DNA of 64,000 nt, from the NCBI GenBank assembly GCA_044229975.1, contig JBGARZ010000012.1:160001-224000 (forward strand), read 5' to 3'. Shown here one piece after another: positions 20,791-29,863 of the stretch; positions within the stretch are counted from its first letter, which is position 1; each line of letters starts with the position of its first letter. The translations under genes and the position numbers were made by a program. Source of the DNA: Polyangiales bacterium (GTDB lineage Bacteria > Myxococcota_A > Polyangia > Polyangiales > Ga0077539). The notes under the pieces are model-generated. The model was not told the origin of the DNA. It worked only from the letters and a program-made list of their open reading frames with translations, and searched no databases.

Positions 20791-22608
20791 TCAGGACGCA
20801 CCCTCGACGCGACGGGTGTGGGCGGCCGTCACCGCCGCGCGGGCGTCAGCGTCGTCGAGCACGTGCGCCGCGGCCAGTGCTCGCTCGGGCCAGCGGCGCT
20901 CCGTCACACCGCGCAACAGGACCGCGGAGCGGCGGTCGGGCGGGAGCGCGCGGAGGGCCCTCTCGCGCACACGGGCGAGCGACGTGTCCCAGTAGGACAG
21001 CGCCTCGACGCCCTCCTCGTCGAAGGTGATGAACCCGTCCCACGAAGGGTCGACGGTCTCACCGCGATCGCCTGCGGTGGCGAGGGCGGCGAGTATCTGT
21101 TGGTGGCGCGTTCGCTTCCTCTCTCGCGGGGTCGACTCCCACACCCGCGCGAGGTGCGGCAGGGCGGCAGGGCCGAAGCGCCCGACCACCTCGACTTCGA
21201 GGTAGACGTTGGTGACGTCGCGATCGAAGAAGCGCCCGAGCAGCGCGTCGTCGGGCCACGCGAGCAGCGCTGCGAGCCCACGGCCGTAGTAGACCGGCTC
21301 GCCCAGCGCGCGCTCGGCCAGGGCCATGACGTCGGCGCGCGGCAGCGCCCGCAGCCCGTCCACGTAGGGGCGAATGCTCTCGTGGTAGACGCCCGAGAAG
21401 AACTCGAAGTGCAGCAAGGCGACGAGCGACGGCGGGACGGCGAGGCCGCGGTCGACGAAGCGGCGCGCGGCGATCACCGCGAGCATCTCGCGCACCGCGC
21501 GGGCGTGGTTGTCGTCGGGCAGCGCCTCGGCCGCGGCGAGCAGCGCGTCGGGCGCGTCGTCGCGATCGACCTCGACGAGGCGAAGCTCCAGGGCGAGCTG
21601 GTCGTTGCTGCCGAAGGACCCGCGGCGCGCCAGCAGCGTCGCGAGCTCGGCCGCGGTGCAGGCCCGCAGGGCGTCGTGCGCGTTGCGGAGGTCGATCTGC
21701 TTCGCCGCGAGGGCGGCCTTCACCATGGCGGCGTCCCAGTCGGCGGCGGTTCCGAAGCGCAGCGCCACCGCGCGCACCGCGGCGGGATCGCTGACCCGCG
21801 GACGGGTGACGGCGCCGTCGTCGACGCGGGCGAGCTCCTGGTTGGAGGCGAGGCCGTGCTTCACCTGCACGGTCGCAAACTCCGTGAGCAGCGACCGCGC
21901 GCGCACGGAGGCGACCGCCACGCCCGAACGGCCGCGCACGAAGTCGAGCGAGCGCCGGGCGGCCTCGCCGAGCTCACGACCGCGGTCCTCGAAGAGTGCA
22001 GGGTCGCGTTGGTACGCGGCGAAGAGGAGGACATCGAGGGAACGCGCGGAGCCTGCCACCCACCACGCCCCCGGGCCGTACTTGAAGAGCTTCGAAAAGT
22101 CCTTGCCCGTGGGCACCTTCGCCAGCAACGCGAGCACCGTCGCAGGGTCGGCGAGGGCGGCGTCTTCGGCGAGGAAGTCCCAGAAGCCGGGCATGCGCTC
22201 GCCCTCCACCAGCCCGTGCTCCAGCAGAAACCACCCGATGGCGTGCCGCCCTTCCCACGCGCCGGTGACCTTCTGGATCGCCTCACCGAAGCCGTACGCC
22301 TCCCCGCCCGCGGCCTTCCCCACGCGCAGGATCAGCGCCTCGACCTGGGCGTCGGTGAGGCCCGGGTACGACGGCCGCGCGACCGCGGGCGCCTCGACCG
22401 CGCCAGCCGCCCGCGCGTAGCCCTGGCGCTCACGCTGCGCGACCATGCGGAGGCGCACGCCCTCGGCCGTCGCCTCGCTGTCGCAGTGGTGCTCGCGCAC
22501 GATGGGTGTCGCGCCCGCGCTGCTCGCGCGCTCGGTGATCACCGCGCCCGCGCGCTCGAACTCCCAGACGTCGCTCCGACCGTCGACCGTTCGCTCCCAG
22601 CGTTGCAT
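20791..22608 (-). CDS. Hypothetical protein with WGR-like N-terminal domain and helical repeats
   Basis: MQRWERTVDGRSDVWEFER...MVAQRERQGY resembles a WGR domain; central region paralogous to 34738-35697. Confidence 0.72.
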   Translation of the reverse strand: MQRWERTVDGRSDVWEFERAGAVITERASSAGATPIVREHHCDSEATAEGVRLRMVAQRERQGYARAAGAVEAPAVARPSYPGLTDAQVEALILRVGKAAGGEAYGFGEAIQKVTGAWEGRHAIGWFLLEHGLVEGERMPGFWDFLAEDAALADPATVLALLAKVPTGKDFSKLFKYGPGAWWVAGSARSLDVLLFAAYQRDPALFEDRGRELGEAARRSLDFVRGRSGVAVASVRARSLLTEFATVQVKHGLASNQELARVDDGAVTRPRVSDPAAVRAVALRFGTAADWDAAMVKAALAAKQIDLRNAHDALRACTAAELATLLARRGSFGSNDQLALELRLVEVDRDDAPDALLAAAEALPDDNHARAVREMLAVIAARRFVDRGLAVPPSLVALLHFEFFSGVYHESIRPYVDGLRALPRADVMALAERALGEPVYYGRGLAALLAWPDDALLGRFFDRDVTNVYLEVEVVGRFGPAALPHLARVWESTPRERKRTRHQQILAALATAGDRGETVDPSWDGFITFDEEGVEALSYWDTSLARVRERALRALPPDRRSAVLLRGVTERRWPERALAAAHVLDDADARAAVTAAHTRRVEGAS

Positions 22609-22618
22609 CGTCGCTGCC

Positions 22619-24298
22619 TCACATCGCGCTGTTGGGAAAGGAGCGCCCGGGGCCCCAGATGACCCGCACGGCGCCGTCGCCTCCGCGCGAGATGCTCCCG
22701 CCGCCACCGTAGTTGCCGCCGATGCCCGAGATGCCGGTGCCGCCGCACTCGGCGCGCGTGCCGCCGCGCCCAGTGCCCGCGCCTCCGCCCGATCCGCCGC
22801 CGCCGGGATAGCCGTAGCCATAACAAGATCGGTTGGTGTTGCAGTGCGGCGCGCCCGCGGCGCCGTTTGCTCCGATGCCACGGAGGCCCACGCCGCCGCC
22901 GCTCCCACCAATGTCGTCGTCCGCACTGACCGTGGAGCCCACGGCGCCACCGCCACCACCGCCACCGCCGCTGCCCGCGGTCGCGTCGTTGAGGCACATC
23001 ATCCAGTGCCCGGTGCCACCGCGCCCGCCGTCCCCGGCGTAGCCCGCGGCCCCGCCGCCACCGCCCCAGTTGCGATAACCGGCGGCGTTGCCACCGGCGC
23101 CGCCCGTGAAGCAGGTGCCGCCGGTTCCGCCGCCGCCGGCGCCGCCGGTCGCGGTGGTCGTCCCCCGCCCGCCGCGCGCGATGAGCGTGCCGTTGAAGCT
23201 GCTGTCGCCGCCGTTGCCGCCCGACGCGGGAGACACCCCCACGACGACCGCGATGCGCGCGCCCGGCGTCACGGCGATGTCGTTGCGGTAGCAGAGGCCG
23301 CCACCCCCCTGGCCGCCCTGCGTGGAGACCACGTAGGCGAAGCTGCCGCCGGCCCCGACCACCACCACGCTCACGGCGCTCACCCCGGCGGGCACCACGA
23401 AGGTCCCCGACGTCGTGAAGATCTGCTCGCCCGTGGGACCGCTCGCGCAGGTTCCCGCCACGCAGGCCGTCCCGGCCGCGCACGCTCGCCCGCAGGCGCC
23501 GCAGTGGGCCGCAGTCGTGGCGAGCACCGTCTCGCACCCGTCGTCGGCCGCGCCGTTGCAGTCACCATAGCCGGCCTCGCACGCAAACCCGCAGACGCCC
23601 GTTCCGCCGCACACCGGCGACGTCGCGTGCGCAGGCGTCGGACACGGAGCCACCGTCGACCCGAGGCAGTCGGCGTTGCAGGTGCTCCGCGACGACGCGC
23701 CCGAGCAGGTCGCCGCTCCCGGAGTGCACGCGCAGCCCATGCACGCGCCGCCCACGCAGGCGGACGTCGAGGGGCATGCCGTGGCGGTGGTGGCGAGGCC
23801 GTCGGCGTCGCAGGTTCGCACCATGCGCGCGCCCTCGCAGGTCGTGCTCCCGGGGACGCACACCCGCATCACGCAGCTCCCGCCGCGGCACGACTGCCCC
23901 GAGGGACACGGCGTCGGTGACGTCCCGAAACCATCGGGGTCGCAGGTGACGCGGTCGCGCGTGGTCGGGTCGCACGCGGTCGACCCGGGCGTGCAGAGGG
24001 GCGGCGTGTCCGTCGGAGAGGGCGTGTCCGTCGGAGAGGGCGTGTCCGTCGGAGTGGGCGTGTCCGTCGGAGTGGGCGTGTCCGTCGGAGTGGGCGTGTC
24101 CGTCGGAGTGGGCGTGTCCGTCGGTGAGGGCGTGTCCGTCGGAGCGTCGACGGGGGCAGCGGCGTCGACGGGGGCAGCGGCGTCGGCGGGGGCGACCCCC
24201 TGGTCCACCACGGTCGCGTCCTGACCCGGAAAGAAGACGGCCGCGGGCGCGCAGGCGGCGCCGCAGACAATCACCAGGCAGCTCCACATCGCGCGCAT
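22619..24298 (-). CDS. Secreted/lipoprotein with Pro-Thr linker, Cys-rich repeats and a glycine-rich C-terminal domain
   Basis: Hydrophobic N-terminus with Cys; PTDTP(T/S) repeats; GYGDCNG..DGCET...HCGACGRAC myxobacterial Cys repeat; FTTSGTFVVPAGV..VGAGG glycine-rich domain. Confidence 0.85.
   Translation of the reverse strand: MRAMWSCLVIVCGAACAPAAVFFPGQDATVVDQGVAPADAAAPVDAAAPVDAPTDTPSPTDTPTPTDTPTPTDTPTPTDTPTPTDTPSPTDTPSPTDTPPLCTPGSTACDPTTRDRVTCDPDGFGTSPTPCPSGQSCRGGSCVMRVCVPGSTTCEGARMVRTCDADGLATTATACPSTSACVGGACMGCACTPGAATCSGASSRSTCNADCLGSTVAPCPTPAHATSPVCGGTGVCGFACEAGYGDCNGAADDGCETVLATTAAHCGACGRACAAGTACVAGTCASGPTGEQIFTTSGTFVVPAGVSAVSVVVVGAGGSFAYVVSTQGGQGGGGLCYRNDIAVTPGARIAVVVGVSPASGGNGGDSSFNGTLIARGGRGTTTATGGAGGGGTGGTCFTGGAGGNAAGYRNWGGGGGAAGYAGDGGRGGTGHWMMCLNDATAGSGGGGGGGGAVGSTVSADDDIGGSGGGVGLRGIGANGAAGAPHCNTNRSCYGYGYPGGGGSGGGAGTGRGGTRAECGGTGISGIGGNYGGGGSISRGGDGAVRVIWGPGRSFPNSAM
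24003..24143 (-). repeat. 18 bp tandem repeat, 8 copies, encoding a PTDTP(T/S) linker
   Basis: GGCGTGTCCGTCGG recurs every 18 bp from 24003 to 24129. Confidence 0.95.
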
Positions 24299-24388
24299 CA
24301 CGAGGCCCCTTCGTCGAAGTACGCGCCGACGCTAACACGAGCAACAAGGGCGCTCGCACCGGCGCTCCCGTTGTCGCGGCGCGCTCCT

Positions 24389-24666
24389 GAGCTCATCGCG
24401 ACGACCGTCCCGGTGCTCAACGAGTGCCACGATTGACCGGAGTCGCACGGAGCTTGTGCGTGTCGTGACCCAGGATGGGTCACTCCGCGAGTCGATGAAG
24501 CAGGGTTGGCGGACGGCGCCCCTCGACGAGCGCGAGCGGGTGATGCTCGCCGTCGTGGAGAGGCTCCACCCTCACGCCGGGCGTCGGCATCTCGCAGATC
24601 ACCAGCGCCGCGTCGATGTTCGCCTGCTTCCACCGCATGGCCGATGGGCTGGGCGTCGGCCGACTG
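24389..24666 (+). pseudogene. Decayed AhpD/CMD-like (peroxidase-related) gene with a CxxU motif
   Basis: ELIATTVPVLNECHD-TGA-PESHG, then after frameshifts LVRVVTQD..GWRTAPLDERERVML..LTLTPG / GISQITSAASMFACFHRMADGLGVGR; no start, apparent internal deletion. Confidence 0.7.
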
Positions 24667-24681
24667 GAGAGCGCGTCCCGC

Positions 24682-26553
24682 TCAGTGACGGATGAGCTCC
24701 AGCAGCATCGCGAGCGCGGGCATCAGGATGGACCCGATGACGGCTTCACCCGCGATGAGCCCCGACGCCAGCGGCGCGGCGTAGCTCTCGAAGGTCCCCT
24801 GCTCGCCCGGCGAGGCCTTGCGCCACACGGCCGCGGCCACCGCCCCGATGGCGATGGCGATGTTGAGCGACGGCGGCAGGATGAGCGCAAAACCCAGCGC
24901 CGCGGGGATGGGAATGAACCAGAACCTGCTCCCGCCGTCCTTGTTGCGCACCGCGTGGAGGAGTTCGAAGACGATCCCGAGCAGGATGCCCACCTTCGAG
25001 GCGGTGAGCGCGCCGTGCGGGAGGTACCCGAGGCCGCGCTCCATCGCGATGGCGAGCGTGGCGATCTTGAGGCCCGTCGGGGCCGACAGCTGCCCCGGGT
25101 TGAGCCCGATGCCGTAGGTGTGCTGAAGCACGTTGAACACGATGGGCGTGAGCAGCGCGCCGATGGGGATCACGATGAGCTGCGCGATGACCAGCGTGCG
25201 GAAGCGCCCGCCGAGGCGCTGCGCGACCCAGAAGGCCGGCACCACGTTTTCCGACGAGGCCTGCGGGCTCGCGCTGATGTACGCGGCGGTGAGGTTGGCG
25301 CGAATCTGCGCGGGCCACAGCATGCCGAAGAGAAACTGCGTCGCGTTGGCCATGAGCGACACCGGACCGGAGCCCGTGATGCCCAGCACGCGGAGGCCCG
25401 CGAAGATGAGCAGCGGCTGGATCGCCACCGCGAGCAGCACCTCCGCCACCGGCATGTGGAACCACAGGGTGGTGATGCCCACGAGCACCACCACGCTCAC
25501 GCCGAGGCCGGCGGCCGTCCACCAGGTCGGAATGGTCTCATCGGCCTGCGACTGGAACGGGTGTTCTTCGGGCGGGGCGTTGCGCGCGAGCACGCTCTGC
25601 ACGACGGGGATGAGCACGCTGGTGACGGCCGCGGCGATCATCATCGCGGTGGCGGGCCACATCATCCACTGGACGACGTACTTGAAGTGCGAGTGGGCCT
25701 GCGAGAAGTCCGCGGCCTTGCCGCAGGACTGCGTGAGGAAGGCCACCGTCGCGTCGCGCTCGGCGCCGGTCTGTCCCGCGAGGCCATCGAGCGAGGTGAG
25801 GCAGCGCCCGAGCATCACCTCCGGAACGCCCGAGAGCGCGGAGTAGCGGGCGGCCTGCTCGCCGAAGGTGTTGACGATCCAGGTGCCGGCGAGCCCGGAG
25901 AGGCCGACCGAGAGCGGCACCAGCATGCCGAGCCCGATGGCGGCGAGCTCGAGGCCCATGGACATGTTGAGCAGAGGGTTGCCGACGATGGACGGAATGA
26001 CCCCGAGGCCGTCGCGCAGGAAGGTGAGGAAGCCCGCGACGCCCGTGGTGGTGGTGAGCAGGTCGCGGCGGGCCTTGGTGCTCTCGGTGGCGCTCGGGTC
26101 GGTGAGCGTCTGCGCGATGGAGAGCGTCGCGACGGAGCCCGGCCACGGCAGCTTGCGGTCCTTGAGAATCGAGCTGCGGGGGATGATCCCCATGAAGAGA
26201 CCGAGGTTGGCGGAGACCACCAGCCACGCGAACATCTGCCACGACGACGGGTGGAAGCCGATGTCCCGACCCGTGATCGCCTTGATGTAGAAGAACGCCG
26301 CGAGGATCACGACCATGAAGGCGATCCCCGACACCATCCCGATCATCGACTGGATGAGGTTGAGCTGAATGCCGAGCTCGCGCCCCTTGGTGCGTTTGCC
26401 GAGCACGAATGCGGCGAGGAACATCCCGCCCATGGTGAGGTCGACGCTCTGTCCCAGCTTGAGCGTGACGTAGGGCGTGGCGGCGGCGGCCACCGCACAC
26501 AACAGACAGCCCAGGAGGATGGTGCGCGCGTTGAGCTCGTTCTCGGGTTTCAT
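24682..26553 (-). CDS. OPT/YSL family oligopeptide transporter
   Basis: YVTLKLG, LPWPGSVAT, LSAPTG, ASGLIAGEA motifs; many TM segments. Confidence 0.9.
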   Translation of the reverse strand: MKPENELNARTILLGCLLCAVAAAATPYVTLKLGQSVDLTMGGMFLAAFVLGKRTKGRELGIQLNLIQSMIGMVSGIAFMVVILAAFFYIKAITGRDIGFHPSSWQMFAWLVVSANLGLFMGIIPRSSILKDRKLPWPGSVATLSIAQTLTDPSATESTKARRDLLTTTTGVAGFLTFLRDGLGVIPSIVGNPLLNMSMGLELAAIGLGMLVPLSVGLSGLAGTWIVNTFGEQAARYSALSGVPEVMLGRCLTSLDGLAGQTGAERDATVAFLTQSCGKAADFSQAHSHFKYVVQWMMWPATAMMIAAAVTSVLIPVVQSVLARNAPPEEHPFQSQADETIPTWWTAAGLGVSVVVLVGITTLWFHMPVAEVLLAVAIQPLLIFAGLRVLGITGSGPVSLMANATQFLFGMLWPAQIRANLTAAYISASPQASSENVVPAFWVAQRLGGRFRTLVIAQLIVIPIGALLTPIVFNVLQHTYGIGLNPGQLSAPTGLKIATLAIAMERGLGYLPHGALTASKVGILLGIVFELLHAVRNKDGGSRFWFIPIPAALGFALILPPSLNIAIAIGAVAAAVWRKASPGEQGTFESYAAPLASGLIAGEAVIGSILMPALAMLLELIRH

Positions 26554-26713
26554 GCGGGACGCGACGCTACCCGAGGGCCGATCGTCTGACGGGAGGAATT
26601 CGTGCGCCCGGCGTCGACCGCAGCGGGGCGTCTTCAGCGGGGCGCGTCTTGAGAGAGCACGACCTCAGGCCCGTGCGCTGACGGGGGCGTCACGGCGCGA
26701 CGCGACGTCGCGC

Positions 26714-27310
26714 TCAGAACGTCACGGTCACGCCCGCCATCGCACCCCCGCGGAGCGGCGCCATGCCGAGCGTCCACGGCGGCGCCGACCGGGTGGGCGT
26801 CACGCTCTCGACCCCTGTCTCCGTCCCCGACAGCATCACCACGCCGCCGACCAGCGACGGCACACCGATGAGCAGCCCCATCCCTCCAAGCAGAGCTCCC
26901 ATGAACTCGTTGTACTCGTCGCCCGATGGGCCGCTCAACGAGACGATGGAGAGCGTTCCCATCACGAGGAGCGAGCTGCCCCCAAGGGCCGTCAGGATGA
27001 TCCCGCCGACGAGCCGCCCGCGCGACACCGCCCGCACCCGCACCCGCATCCCTTCGGGCGAAACCTCCAGCGGAACCACCGTCGCGCGCAGCCCGTGACC
27101 TCCCATCCACACCGTATGAAACCCCGGCCGGAGGTGCACCGTGCACGGCGTCTCGCACGCCACCGGCCCGCGCCACTCGACGCGAACCTCCTGCGCCCGC
27201 CCGGTCGATTCGAGCACCACGGGGACGTTGTCTGTCGGGTGGTCCTGCGCGCTCACAGCGGGCGCGACGAGGGAAACGAGAGCGAAGGCAACAAGCACAG
27301 CGGACTTCAT
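26714..27310 (-). CDS. Hypothetical exported/membrane protein
   Basis: Signal peptide, CETPC small beta domain, two TM helices, C-terminal F. Confidence 0.7.
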   Translation of the reverse strand: MKSAVLVAFALVSLVAPAVSAQDHPTDNVPVVLESTGRAQEVRVEWRGPVACETPCTVHLRPGFHTVWMGGHGLRATVVPLEVSPEGMRVRVRAVSRGRLVGGIILTALGGSSLLVMGTLSIVSLSGPSGDEYNEFMGALLGGMGLLIGVPSLVGGVVMLSGTETGVESVTPTRSAPPWTLGMAPLRGGAMAGVTVTF

Positions 27311-27324
27311 CGCTCGCGGCGTAC

Positions 27325-27341
27325 GGCAACCCGCGTGCCCA
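27325..27341 (-). promoter_or_regulatory. Candidate sigma54 (-24/-12) promoter
   Basis: Minus strand GGCACG-CGGG-TTGC about 15 bp upstream of the ATG at 27310. Confidence 0.5.
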
Positions 27342-27464
27342 TCGCGATCAACCGCCAGCAGGCCACGGCGCCCCCGTCATGAGTGCCGTGACGTCACGTC
27401 CACCGTGCCGACACGACACGCTCCCCTCTAAACACCGCCCGAGTGCTTCAGTCGGGTCGAGAGC

Positions 27465-27828
27465 GACGATGGTCAGGTAGGCGACTGTGCCCACCTGTCA
27501 CGAAAGCACCTTCCGTCATCGTCTGAAACTCCACGAATTGCCGACAAATCGTTGATGCCAGGGAGAAGGCCGGACCGTCGAACTTTTGACAGAACGGCCC
27601 TTGTCGGACCGTCAAAGCTGTGACAAGTCTCCAGGGGCGAACGGCGCTTCTCCCGGTTGCGGCCGATCCGGTCGGACGAACTCCCTCAAAAGGGATCACC
27701 GACGCCTACATCACAACCGAGTGGCTGATACCGCAACCACTCAAACGGACACCCTCTCACCACAATGAAGAGGGTACGCCGGATACCTCCTCACGTCGGA
27801 CGGCGCTGAAACCACTGTGTTTCGGCGC
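27465..27828. ncRNA. Candidate structured RNA or leader (unassigned)
   Basis: Lower-GC intergenic tract with about seven stems (see findings); no family recognised. Confidence 0.3.
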
Positions 27829-27887
27829 AGCCCCATCGAACAACGGACAAGCGGTTCGAGCCAGATTGGAAGCGAGGGTCACGACCA

Positions 27888-29753
27888 ATGAGCCACCGAA
27901 ACTTGAGTGCTGCCGCCTCGTTCGTCGCGACCTTCGAAGACTCGATCACCCGTGACTGCGCACAACCGGCCAACGGGGTCGAGCTCGGGTTTGTCGACTT
28001 CACGCTCGACGACGAGAGCGAAGCCCCGCTGCACGCGGCGCTCGTGCCCGGCGCCTTTCACATGGTCTACCAGCCCATCGTCGACCTCGCGACGCGGGAG
28101 GTCGTCGGCTTCGAGTCCCTCGCCCGCTTCACCCTCGAACCGCACCGCGGTCCCGACGTCTGGTTCGCCGAGGCGTGGGAGCTCGGCTACGGCGTCGAGC
28201 TGGAGCTGGCCGCCGTCCGTCGCGCGATCGAAAACCTCGACGCCCTGCCCGAAGGGGCGTTTCTGACGGTCAACGTGGCGCCCCTCACCCTCGTCGCGCC
28301 GGGCCTCCTCGCGGCGCTCGGCGAGGGCTCGCTGTCGCGCATCGTGCTGGAGATCACCGAGCACGCGGTGGTCAAGGACTACCTCATGCTGGAGCGGGCG
28401 CTCGCCCCCCTGCGCGCCCGCGGCGCCCGCCTCGCCGTCGACGATGTCGGCGCCGGCTTCGCGAGCTTCCATCACATCCTCCAGCTCCGCCCGGACTTCA
28501 TCAAGCTCGACGTCAACCTCGCGCGCGACCTCGACCTCGACCCGGCGCGCCGCGCCCTCGTCGCCGCGCTCGTGTCCTTCGGTGTCGAGATGGGCGTCAC
28601 GGTGCTCGCGGAGGGCATCGAGCGCCGCGCGGAGTTCGTCGCGCTGCGTAGCCTCGGGGTGATGCTCGGTCAGGGATACCTCCTCGGCCGCCCCGCGACG
28701 CTGCCCCCGGGCCCGAACGACCACGGCCGCGGCGGCGTCCGCCCGAGCGCCGTCTCCCTGGCGCGCGTGGCCCTCGAACGCGACCCGCTGGAGTGTGTCG
28801 GCGCCAAGGCCCTCCGCGTGCTGCGCGACCCGGTGCGCGTCGCCGCCGTGCGGGCGACGGGCCTCCTCGACACGCCCGCCGACGCGGCCTTCGATCGCCT
28901 CACCGCGCTCGCCTCGACGCTCCTCGCGGCGCCCGTCGCGCTGGTGTCGCTGCTCGACGACCGGCGGCAGTTCGTGAAGAGCGCCGTGGACATCAACGGG
29001 ACCTGGGGCGCCGAGCGCGGGGTTCCGCTCGACGAGTCGCTCTGCGTGCACACCATCGCCGCGCGGTCGGCCCTGCGCGTCGACGACCTGCACGCCGAGT
29101 CCCGCCTGAGCGCGTACCCCGGCGCCGAGATGCGGGGGGCGGGCGCGTACCTGGGCGTCCCCCTGCTGCTCGCCGGGCGCACCCCGGTCGGGACGCTGTG
29201 CGTACTCGACGACGTCGCGCGTGTATGGACCAACCACGAGGTCGCCCTCCTCGAACAGATGGCCGCCTCGGTCGTCGCCGAGATCACCCTGCGCGCGTCG
29301 CTCGCGGAGGTCGAACACACCCGTCGCTCGCTCGACCGCGCCCAGGCGTCGGCGCAGCAGCAGCGCGCGGCGCAGGAGGACGGCGAGCGGCGCTTCCGTC
29401 ACCTCGTGGAGTCCAACCCCTCGGCGATGTGGGCGACGGAAGACGGCGTGGTCATCGACGCCAACCGCGCCGCGGCCGAGCTCTTCGGCTACCAGCGCGC
29501 GGCCATGATCGGCCTCGACGAGGCCGCGCTGTTTCCGCCCGCGGCCCGCGACACCTGGGGCAACCAGCTCCGCGGCCACGAGGGCGACCGCTACGAGACC
29601 CTCGGCCAGCGCAGCAACGAGACGGTCTTCTCGATGACCGTGCGCGACCAGCGCGTCGTCATCGGCGGCCGCCCCGTGCGCGTGTGCGCGGTGCTCGACG
29701 GATCGGTGCGCCGCCCGCGCAAGACCATGCCGTACATCGCTCGCGTGCCCTGA
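27888..29753 (+). CDS. EAL-GAF-PAS protein (c-di-GMP phosphodiesterase)
   Basis: YQPIV..ESLARF, EITE, DDVGAG, IKLD, AEGIE, QGYLLGRP; GAF (GLLDTP..FDRLT..GTLCVLD); C-terminal PAS; start uncertain. Confidence 0.88.
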   Translation: MSHRNLSAAASFVATFEDSITRDCAQPANGVELGFVDFTLDDESEAPLHAALVPGAFHMVYQPIVDLATREVVGFESLARFTLEPHRGPDVWFAEAWELGYGVELELAAVRRAIENLDALPEGAFLTVNVAPLTLVAPGLLAALGEGSLSRIVLEITEHAVVKDYLMLERALAPLRARGARLAVDDVGAGFASFHHILQLRPDFIKLDVNLARDLDLDPARRALVAALVSFGVEMGVTVLAEGIERRAEFVALRSLGVMLGQGYLLGRPATLPPGPNDHGRGGVRPSAVSLARVALERDPLECVGAKALRVLRDPVRVAAVRATGLLDTPADAAFDRLTALASTLLAAPVALVSLLDDRRQFVKSAVDINGTWGAERGVPLDESLCVHTIAARSALRVDDLHAESRLSAYPGAEMRGAGAYLGVPLLLAGRTPVGTLCVLDDVARVWTNHEVALLEQMAASVVAEITLRASLAEVEHTRRSLDRAQASAQQQRAAQEDGERRFRHLVESNPSAMWATEDGVVIDANRAAAELFGYQRAAMIGLDEAALFPPAARDTWGNQLRGHEGDRYETLGQRSNETVFSMTVRDQRVVIGGRPVRVCAVLDGSVRRPRKTMPYIARVP

Positions 29754-29863
29754 CCCCCCCCGCGGGGAGGCCGGCGACTCGAAAGCGGTGTTCACCGGGG
29801 GGATTCGCCGCTATTCAATGGGGGCATGCGATGCCCCATGGTCCGGCTTGCTCAGAGCGCGCG

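Noticed and set aside
24003..24180. 18 bp tandem array as CRISPR or a contingency locus
   Set aside because: No spacers; in-frame Pro/Thr linker whose unit length is a multiple of three
27430..27887. c-di-GMP-I riboswitch, tmRNA, RNase P RNA or retron msr-msd
   Set aside because: Diagnostic motifs not found by eye on either strand, and no reverse transcriptase in the window
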